A DNA stretch of 64,000 bases from Lytechinus pictus (lineage: Eukaryota): positions 37,448,001 to 37,512,000 of the forward strand of contig NC_087252.1 in the NCBI RefSeq assembly GCF_037042905.1, given 5' to 3'. The notes beneath the pieces are model-generated. The model had not been told where the DNA came from. It was given only the letters and a program-made list of their open reading frames with translations, and did not search any database. A program made the translations under genes and the position numbers. This document shows positions 10,901 through 23,800 of the stretch, in pieces. The number at the start of each line of letters is the position of its first letter. The stretch's first letter is position 1.

Positions 10901-13347
10901 ATGTCTTGTGCTTCTTGTAGAATTCTTCAAACTGAAAAGAACAACAATTTTGAAAAATAGTTTATGCTACTAACTCAGTGTTGAATAATGTATGAAATAT
11001 GAGACATGTCAATACCTTTGATATGATTACATGCACACGCACAAAAAATGCAGAAACTTGAAGAGGTGCAGGCCCAGATAGTTGATAGGCTGGCAAACTT
11101 GGCCAAATCATCACCAACTTCTTGGGTAGGTCCTGCTGACCTGCAGGAGCCCTTATCGGAACCTATAAAGTCAATTCAGGAATTCGACATGCTCGAAACG
11201 AAACTTGCCGAGTCAGATTTTAAGAAGAGAATGGTAAGTTTGAAAATATTTGCATACTAATTTGGCATTATTTAATCATCCCTTAAAATGATTGTTTTTT
11301 CTTTTTATACAGAGCTCTTTGATTATCGAAACCTTGAATATCCCGAGTTTCTGATTTATGCCTTGATTGCTTTATAGCCATGTTTTTAAAAAAAGAGTGA
11401 AATGCTGTAAATTTTGCAAATGATAACTGCATCAGGGTGACACGTACAGTGAGGTTTTAGCAAGAGAATCATTCATAGTACTGTATGGAAATGAGATGGT
11501 TTAATCCTAGTTGTGTGAGAATCTGCAGCATTGTAACTGATAATGGTACTTTAATTTCAGATCAACTACCTGAGTCTAGTCGGCATGGTCAATATTGCCC
11601 AAACAAGTCGGCGTATTATGAAAAAGCGGGGGTCAAATAATCTTTGGTCGGATTTCAACTTGTTTGGTCGGAAGGGAAAGCGCGGTCTGAAGTCGACCAG
11701 ATTTTATCCAGTCATTGTCAGTAAGTGATCAGTTATTATGATAAGCCAATTTCAATTTCACTTTTATACGTTTCTGAATTCACCTGATGAGTTAAAATGA
11801 TTGGTGATCAATTGGAAAATGATGCCTCTAGCAAAATAAGTGCATTACACATTTATTCAACCTGTATGTTATTGTTATCAAAAACTAGAATTTAAGCATA
11901 TTCTTTTGATAAAATATCCCCTTATTTTAGTCTCTTTGAAAAGTACCATACACAACTATGTATTACAGACAGCAGTGCTAAACACCATGTACTATGTCAA
12001 TTTGATCCTCTATCACCATCATTCAGTCGCCATGTTGTTAATATATGTCTTGTGCTTCTTGTAGATTTCCTCAAACTGAAAAAAAAAAACAATTTTGAAA
12101 AATAGTTTATGCTACTAACTCAGTGTTGAATAATGTATGAAATATGAGACATGTCAATACCTTTGATATGTATACATGCACATGCACAAAAAATGCAGAA
12201 ACTTGAAGAGGTGCAGGCCCAGATAGTTGATAGGCTGGCAAACTTGGCCAAATCATCACCAACTTCTTGGCTAGGTCCTGCCGACCTGCAGGAGCCCTTA
12301 TCGGAACCTATAAAGTCAATTCAGGAATTCAACATGCTCGAAACGAAACTTGCCGAGTCAGATTTTAAGAAGAGAACATAAGTTTGAAAATATTTGCATA
12401 CTAATATGGCATTATTTCATCATCCCTTAAAATGATTGTTTTTCCTTTTTATACAGAGCTCTTTGATTATCGAAACCTTGAATATCCTGAGTTTCTGATT
12501 TATGCCTTGATTGCTTTATAGCCATGTTTAAAAAAAAAAGTGAAATGCTGTAAATTTTACAAATGATAACTGCATCAGGGTGACACGTACAGTGAGGTTT
12601 TAGCAAGAGAATCATTCATAGTACTGTATGGAAATGAGATGGTTTAATCCTAGTTGTGTGAGAATCTGCAGCATTGTAATTGATAATGGTACTTTCATTT
12701 CAGATCAACTACCCGAGTCTAATCGGCGGGGTCAATATTGCCCAAACAAGTCGGCGTATCATGAAAAAGCGGGGGTCAAATAATCTTTGGTCGGATTTCA
12801 ACTTGTTTGGTCGGAAGGGAAACCGCGGTCTGAAGTCGACCAGATTTTATCCAGTCATTGTCAGTAAGTGATCAGTTATTATGATAAGCCAATTTCAATT
12901 TCACTTTTATACGTTTCTGAATTCACCTGATGAGTTAAAATGATTGGTGATCAATTGGAAAATGATGGCCTCTAGCAAAATAAGTGCATTACACATTTAT
13001 TCAACCTGTATGTTATTGTTATCAAAAACTAGAATTTAAGCATATTCTTTTGATAAAATATCCCCTTCTTTTTATAGTGTCTTTGAAAAGTACCATACAC
13101 AACTATGTATTATAGACAGCAGTGCTAAACACCATGTACTATGTCAATTTGATCCTCTATCACCATCATTCAGTCGCCATGTTGTTAATATATGTCTTGT
13201 GCTTCTTGTAGAATTCCTCAAACTGAAAAGAACACAAATTTTGAAAAAATAGTTTATGCTACTAACTCAGTGTTGAATAATGTATGAAATATGAGACATG
13301 TCAATACCTATATACTTTGATAGTATACATGCATACGCACAAAAAAT
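7902..13347 (+). repeat. Four tandem ~1.1-1.15-kb units containing two DUF4806-like exons
   Basis: MQKLEEVQAQ... begins at ~7906, 9923, 11048 and 12193. Intron sequences are near-identical. Confidence 0.95.
8687..9622. mobile_element. Kolobok-type non-autonomous element with TTAA TSD
   Basis: TIR GGACGTTCCACAGTT / AACTGTGGAACGTCC with TTAA on both sides. The other three tandem units show the empty site ctagaatTTAAgcatatt. Confidence 0.92.
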
Positions 13348-13778
13348 TGATTTCAGCGCAATGTGCGGATGAAAGTTGGGGACGACGGATTGTACATCAT
13401 AAAACAAGCGGTCCCTGGGTAGCTACTACTGGTCTTTAATTGCATCAATTGTTGATTTCCAAGTTAATGGTTTATTTATCCAAATGGTCATTGAAGCATG
13501 TCAACTACTGTTCACAAAAACTTGGCCTTTGAAGTCGCATACATATGCAGCATTGTTTTCTTCTTGTAAGGTAGCTGTTGAATTTGGCCTCTAAGGACTA
13601 CTTATGTTCATGCCAATCTGAACAATGAATTACTTATGTGTATCCATGTATTTATTCAGAGAAAATGCCCATTTTTGCGAAACAAAAAAGGGGTGGGCCA
13701 TAACATCGTAACCGACATACCGTTTTTCCCCTAGTACATTTGAAAAGAGTGCAATGGAATGACCCATTTGTCATTTAA

Positions 13779-14163
13779 CCCTAACTGGGCCAGGGGACAT
13801 TTCGCGCAATAAGTCTGTGTCATGAAAAGCTTTCTTCTTTCAAGTATCACGCAAGTTTTAAGACCAATTTTTTTTTTTCAGCATCCAGCCAAAAATAGCT
13901 CAAAATGGTGATTTCATGTACAAATTGGGTTTTCTGTCAAAATTTACAAATGTATAATTATTTCTGCTGTCACTGGTCAATATGAATTAAATTAGACTGT
14001 TTTAATGTCACCAACAAATTTCATTAAAATAAATAAATGTAAAGGTAAAACAACAAAGAAATACATAAGAAATTAAACAAACCAATAAAATACATAAGGA
14101 ATGTGAGGCCCCCCCCCCCTCCCCTGCCATGTGATCTCCCAAAATAGCCCGGCCTAGTTAAGG
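13779..14163. mobile_element. Degenerate piggyBac-like MITE
   Basis: TTAA+CCCTAACTGGGCC on the left and GGCCTAGTTAAGG on the right. The right TTAA is not intact. Confidence 0.45.
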
Positions 14164-14389
14164 TGTGTATTCTGTATTGTCCTTTTTTAATGTGTCGTAA
14201 AAAATAATGTTATTGTAATGATCCATGTGTTCGGCACTTTTGTCTTTCAGGAGCGTGCGTGAAGACCCACCAGGGTGTGAAAGAAACGGATATTGAGGAA
14301 GTTCTGGGGGACTTTCTAAAGAGAACCCCATATCTTCCAGGAGGGAGTAAATGGAGGGTAAATTCCTTTTACTTTTGTTTTTATTTTTT

Positions 14390-14679
14390 ATAGGTTTTCA
14401 AGACGTTTTTAAAACGTTTTTAGTGCATTTTAAGGTTTTAAAAACGTTTTAAGAACGTTCCAAACATTTTTTAAAGGTTGTCTACACGTTCTAACAACGT
14501 CCACAATAAATTTAGAACGTTTTCAAAAGGTGCTTTTTGTCTCAAGCTTTTGAAAGGTTTTTAAAGGTTTTTTGTTGTTCTTTTAACCTACCACATTTTT
14601 ACGTCTATAAAACGTTTTCACAAAAAACCAACTTCAGACGTTTTAAGAACGTTCATAAAACGTCCATTTGTTAGCTGGG
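14390..14679. mobile_element. Right terminus of CMC/EnSpm-like transposon
   Basis: Dense palindromic AAAACGTTTT subterminal repeats end in GTTAGCTGGG (reverse complement CCCAGCTAAC), directly after the last DUF4806-like exon. Confidence 0.7.
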
Positions 14680-14856
14680 CAAGAAAACAGTTGTCTTCAT
14701 TGGAGTTTGTCTGGTTACGACAGTTTTTTTCTCTTCACGAATATTTGTGTGTAAAGAATCCATTGGTTGAAACTTGCTCGTTCATATTGATAATCTTTGT
14801 ATATTTCGGATTGAATCTTCATCCATCGTTTACCCATCTTTGAGTTACTGGTTACC

Positions 14857-16238
14857 ATGCCAAAAGCAAAGTCTAAACAGCGGTCTCCAGGACAGGGGAG
14901 GGGAAGTGGCAGTCGCGGAGCGAAGACAGGGCAGAAAAGAACATCGCTTCAGGATCGTCAACGAAAGGACAGAGAAAGGCGTCTGCCACAGTGCCATCGC
15001 TATCTATGTCAGCACCTCCAGCTGAGACGGATATTCCGGCGGAAAGACCGATTCCCACCTTGGTCGGGTCGAGATCGAGTTTTCAGCTTCCGGATGAAGG
15101 CAAAACACAGGGCCAACCAGGTGAGTCTTGGCCTTTACTAACCCCCCAATCTGTGGATGCCCCTCCCTCAATGCCCAAATTTTCACAGCCAGGCCTTCCT
15201 GCCATGCGCCATAGCATAAGCGAGCAGTTGGGCTCGAATGTACCTTTAGCTATGCAGGAATGTATCTGGAAAGGGGAGTTTGTGGAGCTGGGGGATCTGC
15301 TAAAAGCAGGATCCCCTACATGTAACGATATGACCCTCACATTAGATCAGGCTAGCGGGGGATTTCAACTGCGCCCCCATCCTCGGCTGATAGCCATCCG
15401 CTCTATCGAGCAATGGACGAGTGCGATGCTCATTTATCTTTCGATATATGCAGAGCGTCAAAACGAAAGATGTCGGGAGCTACTTAAATATACGAGTGTG
15501 GTAAGGACGGCAGCGGCCTCCAACTATAACTGGCGCGACTATGATGTTCAGTTTCGGCTACGCCACACGACTCAGCCGGAATTATCATGTGTAGTCGTGG
15601 ATACAGAATTGTGGTTGCTAGCAGCAACGGCACAGCCCTTTCGAGCATACGGGGGAGGCCCATATGCTACCCAGGGCTTTCCCAGCGGAGGTCGGCAGCG
15701 ACAACTCTCATTTCGAGGGAAGAGGAACTCCAGCCAAAGCCGGGGGGCTGGCCAGTCCACTAACAAGCACGGGCCACGGCTCGGCTTGTGTTTTGCATTT
15801 ACTGCTAGCCGGTGCAACAGAGGAAAAAGCTGTCAGTACCGGCACAGCTGCAACCACTGCGGTGACCATTCCCATGGAGAGATCGCATGCCCATCTGTGG
15901 AGCAGCTTTATACTGAACGACAAGTCCTGTTGAGTTCTTCACGAGCCCAGAAAATATGCGCACATACGACATGGCCTGGTCTGCTTTCCAGACATTTAGG
16001 GGTGATTACCGTTTTGACACATTGCAAAGGCCTAATATTGAGCAAGTTGCGTTATTCGTTGCATATGTCTTGGCACAAATATTCTGCTAACACAATTGCC
16101 GCATACGTATCAGGACTCTCATTTTATCTGCGCAGTAACAACATGGAAGATATTACCCAATCATTTCCAATTAAACGATTAATTGATGGTTGTAGACGTC
16201 GTCATGTTCGAAAAGACCCTACTACTATTCAACAATGA
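14857..16238 (+). mobile_element. Internally deleted DIRS/Ngaro-like retrotransposon: gag fused to tyrosine-recombinase N-terminal domain
   Basis: IWKGEFVELGDLL, IRSIEQWTSAMLIY, WRDYDVQFR and the Cys/His finger CFAFTASRCNRGKSCQYRHSCNHCGDHSHGEIAC. Then YSANTIAAYVSGLSFYL...DITQSFPIKRLIDGCRR (integrase SAM-like). No RT/RNaseH and no catalytic YR residues. Confidence 0.8.
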
Positions 16239-16398
16239 CAGAGGCGCAAAAAGAAGAGGTCATTGACTGGTTATTAAAAGGCAATACCTCCATCTACTTT
16301 AAAGAGAATGACAGATTATAAAGACTTGCAGAACAAAAAAGCTTTGGGAGGACAAAGCTGTTGACATGGGCGTTGACGTTGCAGTCCTTAAAAGCTTT
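16236..16398 (+). pseudogene. MADF/Myb-SANT-like domain fragment
   Basis: Frameshifted translation MTEAQKEEVIDWL...KRMTDYKD...KLWEDKAVDMGVDVAVLK, resembling transposon-associated MADF domains. Confidence 0.45.
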
Positions 16399-16793
16399 TT
16401 TTCTAATGTATTTTATTTCTTTATGTATTTCTGTGTTTTTTCAACTTTATGTTTTTTGTTTTTTTTTATGGAAATCATTGGCAACACTATTTTCATTTCT
16501 GTCATAAATAACATGAAATCCATTGCTTTCAATCATTGAAATTAAAGGAAACCATAAGTCTTGAATTTATATCATATTATATTTTTAGGGGTTAAAATTT
16601 GCTCTAAGTTGATATATCAATCGCCAAATTTGACCCACGGGGTGATTCACATTGAACTTGCAAAGAATCTCAAAATCATGCATTATTCACGTCGTCTGCT
16701 GTCATGGGGGCAGCCATGTTTTCTTTCTCGAGCTCGCTTGCAACGTATTTGTGGACAACTCAATCGCGCGTGCTGTCAGTTCTCTACGTGAAG

Positions 16794-17144
16794 ATGGTGC
16801 TGTGCCAAGCTTTCGGGCGTTCGAATCGGAGCGGAATATGTCGGGAAAAAAGTTTTCACCCGATTCCCGATCCAAACAGCGATGCAGGATTGTGCAAAAA
16901 ATGGTTAGCTGCCATTCGTGTGGAGAAATTCAATCCGAATTCGTACCAGTATGACAGAAATAATGTGATCTGTAATGATCACTTCACGGCAAGCGACTTC
17001 ATGGAGGACATTCGTGCACGGCTGATGAAAACGAAACCAAGGAAAATGTTGAAAGAAGGTGCTGTTCCTTCCATATTCGCTCATCGGGCTCCTCCGAAAG
17101 TGAGAAGGTCAACAGAGATGCTGTCTCAAAGATCTGCAAAACAG
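16794..17144 (+). pseudogene. THAP-domain first exon of a DNA transposon
   Basis: MVLCQAFGRSNR...SFHPIP...KKWLAAIR...VICNDHF...LKEGAVPSIF. The second Cys is replaced by Arg. Donor gttagt at 17145. No downstream transposase is visible. Confidence 0.8.
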
Positions 17145-17898
17145 GTTAGTATAGTTTGATGCTAAAATTATAAATAACCAGTTTGAAAAAAAAATTAATG
17201 TTTGTATTATCTTTGCGTGGGTGCGCCCTTGCTTACGAATGGGGCCGGGGCCCATACACAGAGCTCTAGCTCTATCCGCCCTGCTAGCGCTCCCTGCATT
17301 CTGAACGAAAACACGGCTGTCAGCAGCTCCATGCAACTTATAAGGCGCTGATCTGGCTGCGTGATGCTGGACGTCCAGACAACAGGCCGGAAGCTCTAAT
17401 TTTTTGCGCTAGAGTCAGCTGCTGATTGAGGTTGAGTGATGATGTCGCAGGTGATATAGAAATAGAATAGATCTAAAATGAAGATGCATGTATCCTATTA
17501 TCATATTATACGTGAGATTATACACTCCAACAATAAATAAATCTAGAATTCTAGATCTTAAAGTTATAATTTGGAGATTTGGAAATTTTATTCAGATTTT
17601 CAATCTGGGCTTGAGGTAATACAGGCCATTTGTTTTCACCAACTGGGGAATAAACAGAAGGGAGAGCTAGACACCCTCATCCAGAGAATGGATTTCTGGG
17701 GGATCCGGAAATTTGCAGAGGCACATCCAGGTATTAACTCTATGTAACAAATACGTTGTGGAATTGGATGTTTTTACTGTACTGAAATCTTCATGTACTG
17801 GTATCACTTTCTTGCTTTTCAATTCTCACTCACGAACTTTTGAGTTCAACTGTATAAAATCATTCTAATATGTATTATGTGATTTGTATGGATTCGTC

Positions 17899-20800
17899 AA
17901 AATTGATCTGTCAAATATTTTTGATATGTTTTAAACAATGTGTGAATAAAATGAGTTGAATAATGTGTAAATTCATATTCTTTAATGTTTGTACAATGGT
18001 TGCTTTACATGACATTATATAAAAAAGAATGTCAAGCGGAAGAAAATAAATGATGAATTGAATCATCGACCTCTTCACATCACCTGTATGCTATACAAGC
18101 TTTATGTTCTCTACCAAACCGGACTGAACTGAGACTAAATGGCCTTGGATATGGTCACAAGAAGTTCTATTCTACATTGAAAACAAAAGCATCAACCATA
18201 CATCTGATTCTACTCGATACTCGCACCACAGTCCGACAAAACCAGACTAGACAGAGACTTAATAGAGAAGAATACCAGTAGAAGTTCTATTCTCATCTGA
18301 ATGAAATGGCATCAACCTTTAAAGGTACATCAGACTCTACTTACTACCCTCACCATGGTAAAAGTATGGAATGGCCAAGAAGAGTGCATTTCATTTTAAA
18401 CTGGAAAATATGTGGAGAACTAAAGAAATACACGGTAGACATCCATAGCTTGCCATAACGTGCGCCCAAACAAGATGCGTGCGTCCCCACGATTGCGTAT
18501 GTTCATCTATGGGTTGCGGGTATCTCATTGAAAACAGTCTTTGACATACATGTACCTTCCAAGTACAGAAACAGGTACATGTATAGTACTTGTAGTATTT
18601 TAACAAGTGGTAAACCATAAACCTTCATGTTTCTGGACAATCATGCATGAACACAAAAAGAGAGAATAGGACAGCAAGGAGTCCAAAACAGTGTAACAGT
18701 GACAGACTTACATTATATGCTCTGAAGAATTCCCTAAGGAAAGAATTACTCTACGTAAGGAATACTGGCAACTGAGTGATTATAATCATCAAAGAGATCT
18801 CTTACAGGGGCAAATATGAAAATCTGTGTCTAGCGTGAAAGAGGGCAAGAAGTCTGTTTGAGGAAGAAAAACAAAACTATCACATTCCAGGAGAATGATG
18901 TTTGAATATGAGTGTTCAAAAGTTTATTTCTCAAGAATTGTACCAGTCAAGGCAGGTGCAGGAACCCGTCGACTTGGTAGATGATGTGGAAGCAATGTTA
19001 GTCAAGGTGGTGACAGGGACACCCTTAGATTTCTCTGGTGGAAGGACGGTCACACAAGCCGTGAGCCATCAGAGTAAAGGAAGACGGTGCATCTCTTCAG
19101 TGTTACCTCATCACCAAGTATTGCTGGCCACAACCTGACGGAAAGTGGATCTAATGGATCAAATAAAGAGGAGAGAGTATACTAAATTCATAACAATGGT
19201 AATGATACCTGTTAAAAAAATTAAGTTTAAAGTGACAACCAAAGAATAAGTACAAAGAGGTATAAAGATATGCATTAAGCAGGGCCAGGACCATTGAGCT
19301 AGGAAGAGGTTCTAACGGTGCAGTTTACCTCTTCAGGCATGCGGTGACAAAAGATACCATCGCTCTGAAAAAATTGATCTGTCAAATATTTTTGATATGT
19401 TTTAAACAATGTGTGAATAAAATGAGTTGAATAATGTGTAAATTCATATTCTTTAATGTTTGTACAATGGTTGCTTTACATGACTTTATATAAAAAAGAA
19501 TGTCAAGCGGAAGAAAATAAATGATGAATTGAATCATCGACCTCTTCACATCACCTGTATGCTATACAAGCTTTATGTTCTCTACCAAACCGGACTGAAC
19601 TGAGACTAAATGGCCTTGGATATGGTCACAAGAAGTTCTATTCTACATTGAAAACAAAAGCATCATCCATACATCGGACTCTACTCGATACTCGCAACAC
19701 AGTGGCAAAACCAGACTAGACAGAGACTTAATCGAGAAGGATACCAGTAGAAGTTCTATTCCCATCTGAATGAAATGGCATCAACCTTTAAAGGTACATC
19801 AAGACTCTAATAACTACCCACACCATGGTAAAAGTATGGAATGGCCAAGAGGAGTGCATTTCATTTTAAACTGGAAAATATGTGGAGAACTAAAATACAC
19901 GGTAGACATCCATAGCTTGCCATAACGTGCGCCATCACGAGATGCATGAGTCCGCATGACTGCGTATGTTTATCTATGGGTTGCGGTTATTTCATTAAAA
20001 ACAGACGTTGACATACATGTATCTTGCAAAGAACACAAACAGGTAGAGTACCTGTAGTATTTTAACAAGTGGTAAACCATAGACCTTCATGTTTCTGGAC
20101 AATCATGCATGGACACAAAAAGAGAGCATAGGACAGCAAGGAGTCCAAAACAGTGTAACTGTGACAGACTTAGATTCATATGCTCTGAAGAATTCCCCGA
20201 GGAAAGAATGACTCTACGTAATGAATACTGGGAACGGAGTGATTATAATCATCAAAGAGATCTCTTACAGGGGCAAATATGAAAATCTGTGTCTAGCGTG
20301 AAAGAGGGCAAGAAGACTGTTTGAGGAAGAAAAACAAAACTATCACATTCCAGGAGAATGATGTTTGAATATGAGTGTGCAAAAGTTTATTTCTCAAGAA
20401 TTGTACAAGTCAAGGCAGGTGCAGGAACCCGTCGACTTGGTAGATGATGTGGAAGCAATGTTAGTCAAGGTGGTGACAGGGACACCCTTAGATTTCTCTG
20501 GTGGAAGGACGGTCACACAAGCCGTGAGCCATCAGAGTAAAGGAAGACGGTGCATCTCTTCAGTGCTACCTCATCACCAGGTATTGCTGGCCACAACCTG
20601 ATGGAAAGTGGATCTGATGGATCAAGTAAAGAGGAGAGAGTATACTAAATTCATAACAATGGTAATGATACCCGTTAAAAAAATTTAAGTTTAAAGTGAC
20701 AACCAAAGAATAAGTACAAAGAGGTATAAAGATATGCATTAAGCAGGGCCAGGACCATTGAGCTAGGAAGAGGTTCTAACGGTGTAGTTTACCTCTTCAG

Positions 20801-23800
20801 GCATGCGGTGACAAAAGATACCATCGCTCTGAAAAAATTGATCAGTCAAATATTTTTGATATGTTTTAAACAATGTGTGAATAAAATGAGTTGAATAATG
20901 TGTAAATTCATATTCTTTAATGTTTGTACAATGGTTGCTTTACATGACTTTATATAAAAAAGAATGTCAATCGGAAGAAAATAAATGATGAATTGAATCA
21001 TCGACCTCTTCACATCACCTGTATGCTATACAAGCTTTATGTTCTCTACCAAACCGGACTGAACTGAGACTAAATGGCCTTGGATATGGTCACAAGAAGT
21101 TCTATTCTACATTGAAAACAAAAGCATCAACCATACATCGGATTCTACTCGATACTCGCAACACAGTCCGACAAAACCTGACTAGACAGAGACTTAATGG
21201 AGAAGGATACCAGTAGAAGTTCTATTCTCATCTGAATGAAATGGCATCAACCTTTAAAGGTACATCAGACTCTAATTACTACCCACACCATGGTAAAAGT
21301 ATGGAATGGCCAAGAAGAGTGCATTTCATTTTAAACTGGAAAATATGTGGAGAACTAATGAAATACACGGTAGACATCCATAGCTTGCCATAACGTGCGC
21401 CCAAACAAGATGCGTGCGTCCCCACGATTGCGTATGTTCATCTATGGGTTGCGGGTATCTCATTGAAAACAGTCTTTGACATACATGTACGTTCCAAGTA
21501 TAGAAACAGGTACATGTATAGTACTTGTAGTATTTTAACAAGTGGTAAACCTAATGTTTGTACAATGGTTGCTTTACATGACTTTATATAAAAAAGAATG
21601 TCAATCGGAAGAAAATAAATGATGAATTGAATCATCGACCTCTTCACATCACCTGTATGCTATACAAGCTTTATGTTCTCTACCAAACAGGACTGAACTG
21701 AGACTAATTGGCCTTGGATATGGTCACAAGAAGTTCTATTCTACATTGAAAACAAAAGCATCATCCATACATCGGAGAAATCGGACTCTACTCGATACTC
21801 GCACCACAGTCCGACAAAACCAGACTAGACAGAGACTTAATGGAGAAGGATACCAGTAGAAGTTCTATTCTCATCTGAATGAAATGGCATCAACCTTTAA
21901 AGGTACATCAGACTCTAATTACTACCCACACCATGGTAAAAGTATGGAATGGCCAAGAAGAGTGCATTTCATTTTAAACTGGAAAATATGTGGAGAACTA
22001 AAGAAATACACGGTAGACATCCATAGCTTGCCATAACGTGCGCCCAAACAAGATGCGTGCGTCCCCACGATTGCGTATGTTCATCTATGGGTTGCGGGTA
22101 TCTCATTGAAAACAGTCTTTGACATACATGTACCTTCCAAGTACAGAAACAGGTACATGTATAGTACTTGTAGTATTTTAACAAGTGGTAAACCATAAAC
22201 CTTCATGTTTCTGTACAATCATGCTTGGACACAAAAAGAGAGCATAGGACAGCAAGGAGTCCAAAACAGTGTAACTGTGACAGATCTAGATTCAGATGCT
22301 CGGAAAAATTCCCTGAGGAAAGAATGACTCTACGTAAGGAATACTGGCAACTGAGTGATTATAATCATCAAAGAGATCTCTTACAGGGGCAAATATGAAA
22401 ATCTGTGTCTAGCGTGAAAGAGGGCAAGAAGACTGTTTGAGGAAGAAAAACAAAACTATCACATTCCAGGAGAATGATGTTTGAATATGAGTGTGCAAAA
22501 GTTTATTTCTCAAGAATTGTACAAGTCAAGGCAGGTGCAGGAACCCGTCGACTTGGTAGATGATGTGAAAGCAATGTTAGTCAAGGTGGTGACAGGGACA
22601 CCCTTAAATTTCTCTGGTGGAAAGACGGTCACACAAGCCGTGAGCCATCAGAGTAAAGGAAGACGGTGCATCTCTTCAGTGTTACCTCATCACCAAGTAT
22701 TGCTGGCCACAACCTGACGGAAAGTGGATCTAATGGATCAAGTAAAGAGGAGAGAGTATACTAAATTCATAACAATGGTAATGATACCTGTTAAAAAAAA
22801 TTTAAGTTTAAAGTGACAACCAAAGAATAAGTACAAAGAGGTATAAAGATATGCATTTAGCAGGGCCAGGACCATTGAGCTAGGAAGAGGTTCTAACGGT
22901 GCAGTTTACCTCTTCAGGCATGCGGTGACAAAAGATACCATCGCTCTGAAAAAATTGATCTGTCAAATATTTTTGATATGTTTTAAACAATGTGTGAATA
23001 AAATGAGTTGAATAATGTGTAAATTCATATTCTTTAATGTTTGTACAATGGTTGCTTTACATGACTTTATATAAAAAAGAATGTCAAGCGGAAGAAAATA
23101 AATGATGAATTGAATCATCGACCTCTTCACATCACCTGTATGCTATACAAGCTTTATGTTCTCTACCAAACCGGACTGAACTGAGACTAAATGGCCTTGG
23201 ATATGGTCACAAGAAGTTCTATTCTACATTGAAAACAAAAGCATCATCCATACATCGGACTCTACTCGATACTCGCAACACAGTGGCAAAACCAGACTAG
23301 ACAGAGACTTAATCGAGAAGGATACCAGTAGAAGTTCTATTCCCATCTGAATGAAATGGCATCAACCTTTAAAGGTACATCAAGACTCTAATAACTACCC
23401 ACACCATGGTAAAAGTATGGAATGGCCAAGAGGAGTGCATTTCATTTTAAACTGGAAAATATGTGGAGAACTAAAATACACGGTAGACATCCATAGCTTG
23501 CCATAACGTGCGCCATCACGAGATGCATGAGTCTGCATGACTGCGTATGTTTATCTATGGGTTGCGGTTATTTCATTAAAAACAGACGTTGACATACATG
23601 TATCTTGCAAAGAACACAAACAGGTAGAGTACCTGTAGTATTTTAACAAGTGGTAAACCATAGACCTTCATGTTTCTGGACAATCATGCATGGACACAAA
23701 AAGAGAGCATAGGACAGCAAGGAGTCCAAAACAGTGTAACTGTGACAGACTTAGATTCATATGCTCTGAAGAATTCCCCGAGGAAAGAATGACTCTACGT

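Larger units (their letters stand above)
7877..14357 (+). pseudogene. Spliced DUF4806/BEN-like accessory gene of a CMC/EnSpm-like transposon (exons 7877-8091, 8351-8510, 14251-14357)
   Basis: Canonical AG/GT boundaries with matching phases give ...EPIKSIQEFDMLETKLAESDFEKRM|INYLSLVGGVNIAQTSRRIMKKLGSNNLWSDFNVFGRKGKRGLKSTRFYPVIV|RACVKTHQGVKETDIEEVLGDFLKRTP. The LS.IGG and G.KGK pattern resembles DUF4806. Confidence 0.65.

Noticed and set aside
2678-17144. Both THAP exons as parts of one giant composite transposon
   Set aside because: The THAP sequences are dissimilar, and no matching TIR pair or TSD bounds the interval.
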